From NCBI RefSeq assembly GCF_013149785.1, contig NZ_JABEZU010000004.1:1-64000 (forward strand): a stretch of 64,000 nucleotides of DNA. The letters run 5' to 3'. Below are positions 8,669 through 17,948 of this stretch, one piece after another. This DNA is from Isoptericola halotolerans (GTDB taxonomy: Bacteria; Actinomycetota; Actinomycetes; Actinomycetales; Cellulomonadaceae). The notes under the pieces are model-generated. The model had not been told where the DNA came from and did no database searches. It was given only the letters and a program-made list of their open reading frames with translations. The stretch's first letter is position 1. Every line of letters begins with the position of its first letter. The translations under genes and the position numbers were made by a program.

Positions 8669-9646
8669 GTGCGAGCCGTCACGATATCGGGCGAAGGCCC
8701 TGCAGGGAAACTCACCACAACTGCCGTCAACCTACCGCAACCGGACAGCGGGGAGGTGCTGATCGACGTCGTCTCAAGTGGCGTCAACCGTGCTGACCTG
8801 CTACAACGCACCGGACTCTACCCTCCGCCGAAGGGTGCTCCCGAGTGGCCGGGACTCGAGATATCCGGTATGGTCCGCCGCCTCGGCGCAGGCGTGTCGT
8901 CCCGGCGTGTCGGCGATCGCGTGGTCGCACTGCTCGAAGGGGGCGGCTACGCGGACCAGGTGGTGGTCCGCGAGACCCAGACGCTCCCGGTCCCGGACGG
9001 CGTCGGGCTCGTCGAGGCCGCCGCGCTCCCCGAGGCCGCGTGCACAGCGTGGACGAACCTCGTCGACACCGGCCGGCTGCGCCGCGGGGAGACGCTGCTC
9101 GTGCAGGGAGGTTCCGGCGGGGTCGGCAGCCTCGCCGTCCAGCTCGGCGCCGCGCTCGGCGCACGGGTCGTCGCCACGGCCGGCGGCCCCGAGCGCGCCG
9201 CCCGCTGCCGCGAGCTGGGGGCGGGCGTCGTCGTCGACCACCGCAGCGAGGACGTCGTCGCCGCGGTCCGGCAGGCCACGGACGGCCGGGGGGCCGACAT
9301 CGTGCTCGACGTGCTCGGTGGGGGCGGGCTCCAGGACAACGTCCGGCTGCTCGCCCCCGGGGGGCGGCTCGTCGTCATCGGCCTCCAGCAGGGCCGCACC
9401 GGCGAGCTGGACCTCGCCCGGCTGATGGCGAAGCGGGCAACCGTGACCGGCACGACGCTGCGCTCGCGCACGGCCCAGGAGAAGGCGGAGATCGTGGCCG
9501 CCGTCGGCCGCCACGTCTGGCCGATGGTCGCCGACGGGCGGCTGCGCCCCGTCGTCCACGCCCGCGTACCGCTCGACGAGGCGCAGACCGCCCACGACCT
9601 GCTCGAGTCCGGCGAGGTGTTCGGCAAGGTCCTGCTGGTCCCCTGA
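8669..9646 (+). CDS. NAD(P)H-quinone oxidoreductase (zeta-crystallin/PIG3 family)
   Basis: GVNRADLLQRTGLYPPP, PGLE, GGSGGVG, GKVLL; start could be 8663. Confidence 0.9.
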   Translation: MRAVTISGEGPAGKLTTTAVNLPQPDSGEVLIDVVSSGVNRADLLQRTGLYPPPKGAPEWPGLEISGMVRRLGAGVSSRRVGDRVVALLEGGGYADQVVVRETQTLPVPDGVGLVEAAALPEAACTAWTNLVDTGRLRRGETLLVQGGSGGVGSLAVQLGAALGARVVATAGGPERAARCRELGAGVVVDHRSEDVVAAVRQATDGRGADIVLDVLGGGGLQDNVRLLAPGGRLVVIGLQQGRTGELDLARLMAKRATVTGTTLRSRTAQEKAEIVAAVGRHVWPMVADGRLRPVVHARVPLDEAQTAHDLLESGEVFGKVLLVP

Positions 9647-9653
9647 CGCCGGG

Positions 9654-10571
9654 CTACTCCCTGCCGGAGGCCGTCATGACGATCGCCCCGGACACCAGGA
9701 CCAGGCCCGCGAGCTCGGGCCACGACGGCACCTGCTGCAGGACGACGGCACCGACCACGGCCGCCGTGGCCGGCAGCATCGCCAGCAGCACCGAGAACGT
9801 CGCGGTGCCCACCCGCCGCAGCACGACCTGGTCCAGCACGTACGGCACGACGGACGAGCACACCGCGACCACGAGCAGGAAGCCGAGGAGGCGCAGGTCC
9901 GGGACGACCGTCGCGACCGACGCCCCGAAGAACGGCGCGAAGACCACCGCGCCGACGGCCATGCCGATCGCGAGCCCGTCGATCCCGGCGCCGCCCCCGG
10001 CGACCCGCTTGCCGAGCACGATGTACCCGGCCCAGCACCCGGCCGCGGCGAGCACCGCCACCAGCCCGACGACGACGTCCTCCCGCGGCAGGTCGCTCTC
10101 CAGCGTCACGCCCGCGAGCAGCACGACGCCCGTCGCGGCGACCACGATCGCGCCGCGCTCACGCCAGCCGCGCCCCGTGACCGCCGCGACGGCGATCGGG
10201 CCGACGAACTCGATCGCGACCGCCACCCCCAGCGGCAGGTGGTCGATCCCGACGTAGAAGACGATGTTCATCGCGGCCAGCGCGGTGCCGAAGAACCCTG
10301 CCACCACGACGTCGTGCCGCGTCCAGCGACGGCGCCACGGCCGGCGCCAGGCCAGCAGGACGACGGCGGCCAGCACGATCCGCCACCAGCTCACGGTGGG
10401 AGCGCCCAGACTGTCGAACAGCCCGACGGCGACCGCCGCACCCAGGTAGAGCGTCAGGCCCGAGACGACGAACAGGGCCGGGGCCGGAACCTTGTCCACG
10501 GCGCCCCGCGACGCCGGGGACGACGGCGGGCCGGGTGCTCCGGGCGGGACGGGCGAGGTGGCGTCGGGCAC
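9654..10571 (-). CDS. EamA/RhtA-like transporter
   Basis: About 10 TM segments; LPLGVAVAIEFVGP, CWAGYI, VPYVLD. Confidence 0.88.
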   Translation of the reverse strand: MPDATSPVPPGAPGPPSSPASRGAVDKVPAPALFVVSGLTLYLGAAVAVGLFDSLGAPTVSWWRIVLAAVVLLAWRRPWRRRWTRHDVVVAGFFGTALAAMNIVFYVGIDHLPLGVAVAIEFVGPIAVAAVTGRGWRERGAIVVAATGVVLLAGVTLESDLPREDVVVGLVAVLAAAGCWAGYIVLGKRVAGGGAGIDGLAIGMAVGAVVFAPFFGASVATVVPDLRLLGFLLVVAVCSSVVPYVLDQVVLRRVGTATFSVLLAMLPATAAVVGAVVLQQVPSWPELAGLVLVSGAIVMTASGRE

Positions 10572-10728
10572 TCGGGGAGCCTACGCCCGAGTCCTTGCGC
10601 GGGCCGTCCACATCGCGGGAGATGTGGAGGAATCGCGGCGAGAACCTGGACGCGGCGTGATCGCATCCTCTAGGTTCGCCTGCGGTCGACACGCCCGTGA
10701 CGACCCCATCGAGTCCCCAGGGGGAAGC

Positions 10729-11154
10729 ATGTCCTTCGGCGAAGCCATCAAGACCGTGTTCAGCAAGTACGCCACCTTCTCGGGTCGCGCCCGCCGTTCC
10801 GAGTACTGGTTCTGGGCGCTGTTCATGGTGCTCGTCGCCATCGTGCTCTCGATCTTCGTCAGCGCCACGGGCGGCCTCGAGATCGACACCGCGACGATGA
10901 CGCCGGTCTTCGGCGCCACCTACTTCGTGGCGACGCTCGTGAACCTCGCGCTCCTGCTGCCCACCATCGCCGTCACGGTCCGACGCCTCCACGACCAGGA
11001 CAAGTCCGGCTTCTGGTACTTCATCGTCTTCGTGCCGTTCGTCGGTCCGATCATCCTGCTGGTCTTCATGTTCCTCGAGGGCACGCGCGGCCCGAACCAG
11101 TTCGGCCCCGACCCGAAGGCCGTCGACGCCGCCCCCCAGGTCCCCCAGGTCTGA
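10729..11154 (+). CDS. DUF805 membrane protein
   Basis: KYATFSGRARRSEYW, VRRLHD, GPNQFGPDP. Confidence 0.92.
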   Translation: MSFGEAIKTVFSKYATFSGRARRSEYWFWALFMVLVAIVLSIFVSATGGLEIDTATMTPVFGATYFVATLVNLALLLPTIAVTVRRLHDQDKSGFWYFIVFVPFVGPIILLVFMFLEGTRGPNQFGPDPKAVDAAPQVPQV

Positions 11155-11194
11155 CCTGACGCACCCCGCTCCGGCTACCCGCCCGCACGGAGCG

Positions 11195-11296
11195 CGGTCC
11201 GGGCAGACGAGAGGCCCGCACGGTCGTCACTCCCGAAGTGGAGGGCGCGCAGCGCCCGTGAACGCGACCGTGCGGGCCTCTCGTCTGCCCGGACCG
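11195..11296. terminator. Long inverted repeat (32-bp perfect arms) between convergent genes; probable bidirectional terminator
   Basis: 11195-11226 is the exact reverse complement of 11265-11296. Confidence 0.65.
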
Positions 11297-11302
11297 ACTC
11301 GT

Positions 11303-12256
11303 CTACCCCTTGACCGCCCCCGCCAGCATCCCGCGGACGAAGTAGCGCTGCAGGGCGATGAAGACGACCAGCGGCACCACCATCGAGATGAACGCTCCGG
11401 CGGTGAGCAGGTGCCAGTCACCGCCGCGGGAACCGGCGAGCTCGGCCACCGCCACCGTCATCGGCTGGTACGGCCGCGCGGCGAACGTCAGGCCGACCAG
11501 CAGGTCGTTCCAGACCCACAGGAACTGGAAGATGCCGAACGACGCGATCGCCGGCACCAGGAGCGGGAAGAGCACCCGGAAGAAGATCTTCACGTGCCCG
11601 GCACCGTCGACGCGGGCCGCCTCGACGAGCGACGGCGGGATGTCCTTCATGAAGTTGTGCAGCAGGAAGATCGCCAGGGGCAGCGCGAAGATCGAGTGGG
11701 AGAACCACACGGTCCAGAACGAACCCCCGATGCCCCAGTCGTTGTAGTTGCTCAGCAGCGGCACGAGCGCCACCTGCAGCGGGACGACCTGGAGCGAGAA
11801 CACCGCGACGAACAGGAAGTTCCGGCCCTTGAACGGGATCCACGCGAACGCGTAGGCCGCCAGGAGAGCCAGCGTGATCGGGATGATCACGGCCGGGATG
11901 GTGATGACGAACGAGTTGACGAAGAACGTCGACAGGTTCGAGCTGTTGCCGTAGAGCGCCTGGTTGTAGTTGTCGACCGTGAACTCGGCCTCGCCGGAGG
12001 CGATGTTCCCGAAGACCGTCCACCAGCCGCTGTTGCGGATGACCGTCTCGGGACGGAACGACGTGATGAGCAGGCCGACCGACGGGATGGTCCACAGGAT
12101 GGCGATGAGGATCGCGATGCCGGAGGCCCACGGGGAGCTGAGCTTTCCCCTGGCCGCGATGGCCCGCCGCTCGGCCCGGGACATCTTGCGCGGCTTCTCC
12201 GGCGCGGTCTCCTTGTCGACGGCGTGCGACGGGAGCGGGGTGGGGGTGCTGGTCAT
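11303..12256 (-). CDS. Carbohydrate ABC transporter permease (AglG/MalG-like)
   Basis: EAA motif EAARVDGA, FLWVWNDLL. Confidence 0.9.
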   Translation of the reverse strand: MTSTPTPLPSHAVDKETAPEKPRKMSRAERRAIAARGKLSSPWASGIAILIAILWTIPSVGLLITSFRPETVIRNSGWWTVFGNIASGEAEFTVDNYNQALYGNSSNLSTFFVNSFVITIPAVIIPITLALLAAYAFAWIPFKGRNFLFVAVFSLQVVPLQVALVPLLSNYNDWGIGGSFWTVWFSHSIFALPLAIFLLHNFMKDIPPSLVEAARVDGAGHVKIFFRVLFPLLVPAIASFGIFQFLWVWNDLLVGLTFAARPYQPMTVAVAELAGSRGGDWHLLTAGAFISMVVPLVVFIALQRYFVRGMLAGAVKG

Positions 12257-13242
12257 CGGATCTCCTCCGCCATCCGCATCTGACGCACGTTGTACGCGAT
12301 GATCGGGATCACGAGCACGAACAGCATCACGGCGAGCGCTGCGGCGAGCCCTTGGTTGTTCTGCCGGAAGGCCTGGGTGTAGAACTCGTTGGCCACGACC
12401 TGGGTGCCGAACTGACCGCCGGTCATGGTGCGGACGATGTCGAACGCCTTGAGCGTGGCCATGGCGATGGTGGTCAGCACGACCACCAGGGCGGGCCGGA
12501 TGCTGGGCACCGTGATGTAGCGGAACATCTGCGTCCCCTGGAGCCCGTCGAGGCGTGCGGCCTCGGTGATGTCGTCCGGGATGGCCTTGATCGCCGCGGA
12601 CAGCACCGTCATGGCGAAACCGGTCTGGATCCAGATCATCACCACGATGAGGAACGCGGTGTTCCACGGCTGCCCGATGAGGAACTGCTGAGGCGGCAGC
12701 CCGAGCCAGACGAGCACCTGGTTCAGCAGACCGATCTGCTGGATCCCGCCCTGGTCGGGCCGGAACTCGTAGACGAACTTCCAGATGATCGAGGCGCCGA
12801 CCATGGAGATCGCCATGGGGATGAAGACCAGGGCCTTGGCGAGCTTCTCGAACCGGGTACGGTCCACCAGGACGGCGTAGACCAGGCCGATGAGCGTGCT
12901 GAGCAGCGGAGCGAGGATCACCCAGGCAGCCGTGACGATCAGGACCTTCTGGAACTGCGGCTCGGTGAACGCCCGCACATAGTTGTCGACGCCGACGAAC
13001 TCGGTCGTGTTGCGGTTGAAGAACGAGTTCCACAGCGTGATGCCGGCCGGGCGCAGCAGCCCGAAGGCCAGGAACCCGAGCGGCAGGCCGACGAACCCCA
13101 GGGCCACCACCCAGCTGGGGACCCGCTTGGGTCGGTCGACGGCGAACAGGATCAGACTCATGACGGCGACGAAGAGCACGATGGCGACGACCATGACGGC
13201 GAACTTCTCGCCGGTCGTGCCGGGTGTCAGCAACCAGTCCAC
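12253..13242 (-). CDS. Carbohydrate ABC transporter permease (AglF/MalF-like)
   Basis: EAARLDG, FVGVDNY; GTG start after a GGAGG RBS. Confidence 0.9.
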   Translation of the reverse strand: MDWLLTPGTTGEKFAVMVVAIVLFVAVMSLILFAVDRPKRVPSWVVALGFVGLPLGFLAFGLLRPAGITLWNSFFNRNTTEFVGVDNYVRAFTEPQFQKVLIVTAAWVILAPLLSTLIGLVYAVLVDRTRFEKLAKALVFIPMAISMVGASIIWKFVYEFRPDQGGIQQIGLLNQVLVWLGLPPQQFLIGQPWNTAFLIVVMIWIQTGFAMTVLSAAIKAIPDDITEAARLDGLQGTQMFRYITVPSIRPALVVVLTTIAMATLKAFDIVRTMTGGQFGTQVVANEFYTQAFRQNNQGLAAALAVMLFVLVIPIIAYNVRQMRMAEEIR

Positions 13243-13315
13243 AGAACATCTCCTCCGGGAGTACGGCGGACCGGGTCCGTCGGCACGGACGCCGACGGAC
13301 CCGGTCCGCACACCG

Positions 13316-14710
13316 TCATGGCCAGCTGTTCTCGATGCGGTCGACGACCTCCTGCGTGGAGGATCCGGTGACCCAGTTGACGATGCCGGTCCAGAAGGTG
13401 CCGGCACCGACCTCACCGGGCATCAGGTCCGAGGCGTCGAACGCCACCACGGCGGCCTCGTCCGAGATGGTCTCGTAGGCGAGCTGGTCGAACTCGGTCT
13501 GCAGGTTCGCCGGGTCGAGCCCGGTGTTCGCGCTGACCCAGCCGCCCTCGGGGGTCGCCAGCGCCTTCTCGTTCGCCCAGTCCGCGCTCGACAGGTACGT
13601 CTGGAAGGCCTGGACCTCCGGGCGCTCGTCGAAGGCCGCGACGAACTCGCCGCCACCGAGGACCGGCTTGACGTCGGTCTGGTCGGTCGGCAGGTAGAAG
13701 GCGAACACGTCGCCGCTCTCGCTCACCTCGGTACCGGACGGCCACTGCGTCTGGTAGAAGTTCGCGGCACGGTGCATCCAGCAGTTGCCGTCCAGGATCG
13801 GGAAGCCCGCGTCCGTCCACGGGGTGGTGGCGATGGAGTCGACCCCACCCAGGCCCGCGTTGACGTAGTCCGGGTTCTTGAGGATCTCCCCGGCGGCGTC
13901 GAAGGCCTCGACGATCTGCGGGTCGTTGAACGGGATCTCGTGGGTGTACCACTGCTCGTAGACGTCCGGTCCGGCGGTGCGGAGCACGACGTCCTCGATC
14001 CAGTCGGTGCCCGCCCAGCCGGTGGCGTCACCGGACTCGACGCCCACGCACCACGGCAGGGTCTCCTGCTCCGAGGCGATGGTCTCGGTGAGGTCCAGCA
14101 TCTCGGTCCACGTCTGGGGGACCTCGTACCCGGCGTCGGCGAACATCGACGGCGAGTACCAGACGAACGACTTCGCGTTCGCACCGAGCGGTGCGCTGTA
14201 GAAGGTGCCGTCGACAGTGCCGTAGTCCTTCCACGTCTCGGAGAAGAACTCGTCGACGTTGGCCACGGTCGCGTCCGGGGCCGGGACGATGGCATCCGGG
14301 TAGTCGCTGACGATGGTGTTGAGCAGGCCGGGCTGCGGCAGGTACGCGATGTCGGGCGCGTTGCCGGCCTGGATACGGACGAGGAGCTGCGCCTCGAACT
14401 CGCGAGACCCCTCGTAGACGACCTCGACACCGGTGCACTCCTCGAACGCGTCGTAGGAGTCCTCCTGCGTCTGCTGCTCCGGCTCGACGATCGAGGTGTA
14501 GATGTTGACGGTGGTGCCCTCGAGGTCACCGAACTCGTCGTAGGCGGCACAGTCGATCGACGACTCCATGTCGCCACCCATGTCGTCGGGCTCGGCGACA
14601 CCGCCCTCACCGTCGGGATCGCCGCAGGCCGCCAGGAGGAGCGCAAGGCTCGCGCCACCCGCGACCGCTGCCAGGCTACGGCGTCGTGACGCCGTCGTCC
14701 TTCTGGTCAT
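13316..14710 (-). CDS. Sugar ABC substrate-binding lipoprotein (alpha-glucoside AglE-like)
   Basis: Lipobox LAAC, PQPG, PWCVGVESGDATGWAGTDWIED, FDASDLMP. Confidence 0.88.
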   Translation of the reverse strand: MTRRTTASRRRSLAAVAGGASLALLLAACGDPDGEGGVAEPDDMGGDMESSIDCAAYDEFGDLEGTTVNIYTSIVEPEQQTQEDSYDAFEECTGVEVVYEGSREFEAQLLVRIQAGNAPDIAYLPQPGLLNTIVSDYPDAIVPAPDATVANVDEFFSETWKDYGTVDGTFYSAPLGANAKSFVWYSPSMFADAGYEVPQTWTEMLDLTETIASEQETLPWCVGVESGDATGWAGTDWIEDVVLRTAGPDVYEQWYTHEIPFNDPQIVEAFDAAGEILKNPDYVNAGLGGVDSIATTPWTDAGFPILDGNCWMHRAANFYQTQWPSGTEVSESGDVFAFYLPTDQTDVKPVLGGGEFVAAFDERPEVQAFQTYLSSADWANEKALATPEGGWVSANTGLDPANLQTEFDQLAYETISDEAAVVAFDASDLMPGEVGAGTFWTGIVNWVTGSSTQEVVDRIENSWP

Positions 14711-14976
14711 GTCCAACCCTCCACTGCGTCGTGTGGTCGGTCCGGCGGCGTGGTCCGCCGTCGGACTCCGCAGGTCGGCTTTGTCCCGTCTTCGGCACAA
14801 CCGACCTCTTTGTAAAGTTGAGCGCAAGTTTTCACGTCCCGCAACTGAGACAGCGGTCGCGCGCGGTTACGATGCGGTGACGATCCGGCCGCGTCCCCCG
14901 AACGACGAGGACTGCGCCGGACGTGGCACCCTTGGCGGCGGACAAGCACCGTCGGACCAGACCGGAAGGACCACCC

Positions 14977-15759
14977 ATGATCGAGCTGAGGACCCCGCGG
15001 GAGATCGAGGAGATGCGGCCCGCGGGTCGCTTCGTCGCCGAGACGCTGCAGGCCGTCCGCGAGGCCGCGAAGCCCGGGGTCAACCTGCTCGAGCTCGACG
15101 AGCTGGCGCACCGCCGGATCAAGGAGCGTGGCGCCGAGTCCTGCTACATCGACTACCACCCCTCGTTCGGCGCCAGCCCGTTCGGGAAGGTCATCTGCAC
15201 CTCCGTCAACGACGCGGTGCTCCATGGTCTCCCGCACGACTACGCGCTCGCCGACGGTGACCTGCTCACCCTCGACTTCGCGGTCGCCGTGGAGGGGTGG
15301 GTGTCCGACTCCGCCCTGTCGTTCGTCGTGGGCGAGTCGCCCTCCCCCGAGCGCGCCGAGGCCGACGCGAAGCTCATCCGCACCACCGAGGTCGCGCTCG
15401 CCGCCGGCATCGAGGCCGCGCAGCCCGGCAAGAAGGTCGGCGACATCTCCGCGGCCATCGCCGCCGTCGCCCGCGAGGCCGGCTACGCCATCAACACGGA
15501 CTTCGGCGGGCACGGCGTGGGCCGCACCATGCACGGCGACCCGCACGTGCCCAACGACGGGCGGGCCGGCCGCGGCTTCCCCCTGCGCCCCGGCCTGGTC
15601 ATCGCCATCGAGCCGTGGTTCCTCGAGACCACCGACGAGATCTACACCGACGACGACGGCTGGACCCTGCGCTCGGCCGACGGGTCCCGCGGCGCGCACA
15701 GCGAGCACACCATCGCCATCACCGAGGACGGCCCGATCGTCTTCACCGCCCGCGACTGA
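14977..15759 (+). CDS. map: Type I methionine aminopeptidase
   Basis: CTSVNDAVLHGLP, GHGVGRTMH, AIEP, AHSEHT. Confidence 0.93.
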   Translation: MIELRTPREIEEMRPAGRFVAETLQAVREAAKPGVNLLELDELAHRRIKERGAESCYIDYHPSFGASPFGKVICTSVNDAVLHGLPHDYALADGDLLTLDFAVAVEGWVSDSALSFVVGESPSPERAEADAKLIRTTEVALAAGIEAAQPGKKVGDISAAIAAVAREAGYAINTDFGGHGVGRTMHGDPHVPNDGRAGRGFPLRPGLVIAIEPWFLETTDEIYTDDDGWTLRSADGSRGAHSEHTIAITEDGPIVFTARD

Positions 15760-15762
15760 CGC

Positions 15763-16569
15763 CTACAGCAGCGACTTCAGCAGCTGGGCGGCGCCGTCGT
15801 CCTCGATGGTGCCGGTGACCTCGTCGGCAGCGCCGCGGACCACGTCGTCGGCGTGGCCCATCGCCACGCCGCGCGCCGCCCAGCGCAGCATCTCCACGTC
15901 GTTGCGCCCGTCCCCCACCGCGACCGTCCGGTGCGGCTGGACGTGCGTGCGCCGTCGGACCTGCTCCAGCGCCGTCGCCTTGGAGACCCCCAACGGCGCG
16001 AGGTCCATCCAGGCGCTCCACCCCACCGCGTACGTGACGTCGTCGAGCCCCAGGTGCTCCACGAGCTCGTGGAACCGCTCGGAGGTGGACTCCGGGCTGC
16101 GCACGATCACACGCGTGACCTCGCTGGCCCACAGCTCCTCGAGCGGCACGACGACGTGCACGCCCTCCAGCTCGCCCTCCGGGAAGTGCTCGGTCATGCG
16201 GAAGCCGACGCCGAGGTCCTCGACGGCGTAGCGGGCGTCGGGCAGCTCGTGCCGCAGCAGGCTCAGCACCGGCTCCGGGTCGAACGTCACGACGTCCTCC
16301 GCGACCCAGCCGTGCGGCAGGGACGGGTCGAGCCGGACGGTCACCGCGCCGTTGGAGCAGACCATCCACCCCGTCGTGATCCCCAGGTGCGCGGCCACCG
16401 GCAGCATCGCGATGAGCGACCGCCCCGAGGCGAGCACCACCTCGTGGCCGGTGTCGCGGACCGCCGTCACGGCGTCGTGGACCGCGTCCGTCATGTCGCC
16501 GTCGTAGGACAGCAGCGTGCCGTCGATGTCGAGCGCGACCAGCATCCGGTCCATCGTCGGGGCCGCCAC
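15763..16569 (-). CDS. Cof-type HAD hydrolase
   Basis: LDIDGTL, SGR, SKATAL, GDGRNDVEML. Confidence 0.9.
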   Translation of the reverse strand: MAAPTMDRMLVALDIDGTLLSYDGDMTDAVHDAVTAVRDTGHEVVLASGRSLIAMLPVAAHLGITTGWMVCSNGAVTVRLDPSLPHGWVAEDVVTFDPEPVLSLLRHELPDARYAVEDLGVGFRMTEHFPEGELEGVHVVVPLEELWASEVTRVIVRSPESTSERFHELVEHLGLDDVTYAVGWSAWMDLAPLGVSKATALEQVRRRTHVQPHRTVAVGDGRNDVEMLRWAARGVAMGHADDVVRGAADEVTGTIEDDGAAQLLKSLL

Positions 16570-16570
16570 C

Positions 16571-17839
16571 TCAGCGCACCGGCTCGAAGACCTCGAGCCC
16601 GCCCAGGTACGGACGCAGACCCTCCGGCACCCGGACCGAACCGTCGGGCTGCTGGTGGTTCTCCAGGATCGCCACGATCCACCGGGTGGTGCCCAGCGTC
16701 CCGTTGAGCGTCGCCACCGTGCGCGTCCCGCTGTCGGTACGCTCGCGGACGTTCATCCGCCGGGCCTGGAACGTCGTGCAGTTCGACGTCGAGGTCAGCT
16801 CGAGGTAGCGCTCCTGGCTCGGCAGCCACGCCTCGCAGTCGAACTTGCGCGCCGCGCTCGTGCCCAGGTCGCCCGCCGCGGTGTCGATGACCCGGTAGGG
16901 CAGCTCGACCGCCGCCATCATGGCCTCCTCCCACGCGAGGAGCCGCTCGTGCTCGGCCGCGGCGTCGTCCACCGAGCAGTAGCTGAACATCTCCACCTTG
17001 TGGAACTGGTGGACGCGGATGATGCCCCGCACGTCCTTGCCGTGCGAGCCTGCCTCGCGACGGTAGCAGGCGCTCCAGCCCGCGTAGCGCTTCGGCCCGT
17101 CGGACAGGTCGAGGATCTCGTCGCCGTGGTAGCCCGCGAGCGCCACCTCGCTCGTGCCCACGAGGTAGAGGTCGTCGCGCTCCAGGCGGTAGATCTCGTC
17201 GGCGTGCTCGCCGAGGAACCCGGTGCCTCGCATCGTCTCCGGGGTGACGAGCGTCGGCGTGATCATCGGGGTGAACCCCTCCGCCAGCGCCTTGTCCATC
17301 GCGGCCTGCAGGATGGCGAGCTCCAGGCGTGCGCCGACACCGGTGAGGAAGTAGAACCGCGAGCCCGACACCTTGGCGCCCCGCATCGTGTCGATGGCGC
17401 GCAGACCCTCGCCGAGGTCGAGGTGGTCGCGCGGGGCGAACCCCTCGGCGGCGAAGTCGCGCGGGGTGCCGACCGTGCGCAGCGTGACGAAGTCCTCCTC
17501 GCCGCCCGCGGGAGCGCCCTCGACCACGTTGGGGATGCGGAAGAGCAGCGCGTCGAGCTCCGCCTCGGCGTCGTTCGCCGTCGCCTGGTGCTCCTTGACC
17601 TGCGCCGACAGCTCCTTGGTGCGTGTCAGCAGGGCCGTCTTCTCCTCGCCGGACGCCTGCGCGACCTGCTTGCCCAGGGACTTCTGCTCGGCGCGCAGCG
17701 ACTCGAAGGCCACCAGGGAGCTGCGGCGTCGGGCGTCCGCGGCCAGCGCGGCGTCGACCAGGGTCGGGTCCGCACCACGGGCCTGCTGGCTCGCGCGGAC
17801 GACGTCGGAGTGGTCACGCAGGAAGCGGATGTCGATCAC
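16571..17839 (-). CDS. serS: Serine--tRNA ligase
   Basis: N-terminal coiled coil, [29 protein letters not shown]. Confidence 0.97.
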   Translation of the reverse strand: MIDIRFLRDHSDVVRASQQARGADPTLVDAALAADARRRSSLVAFESLRAEQKSLGKQVAQASGEEKTALLTRTKELSAQVKEHQATANDAEAELDALLFRIPNVVEGAPAGGEEDFVTLRTVGTPRDFAAEGFAPRDHLDLGEGLRAIDTMRGAKVSGSRFYFLTGVGARLELAILQAAMDKALAEGFTPMITPTLVTPETMRGTGFLGEHADEIYRLERDDLYLVGTSEVALAGYHGDEILDLSDGPKRYAGWSACYRREAGSHGKDVRGIIRVHQFHKVEMFSYCSVDDAAAEHERLLAWEEAMMAAVELPYRVIDTAAGDLGTSAARKFDCEAWLPSQERYLELTSTSNCTTFQARRMNVRERTDSGTRTVATLNGTLGTTRWIVAILENHQQPDGSVRVPEGLRPYLGGLEVFEPVR

Positions 17840-17948
17840 GGCGCCAGCCTAACGGTCGACGTCGCGCAGCCCCGCGGCGCTCCGGGCCGCCTCGGCGCGT
17901 CGCGCCCCACCTCGCGCACCACGCCCCCGTTCCCCTTATGTTGCCCTC

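Noticed and set aside
11303..13249. Apparent long or fused ORFs (648 aa here; also 24688-27198, 34394-36646, 48553-51204, 59234-61651)
   Set aside because: Upstream extensions without stops that overlap real genes; true starts are internal with an RBS, a leaderless -10 or translational coupling.
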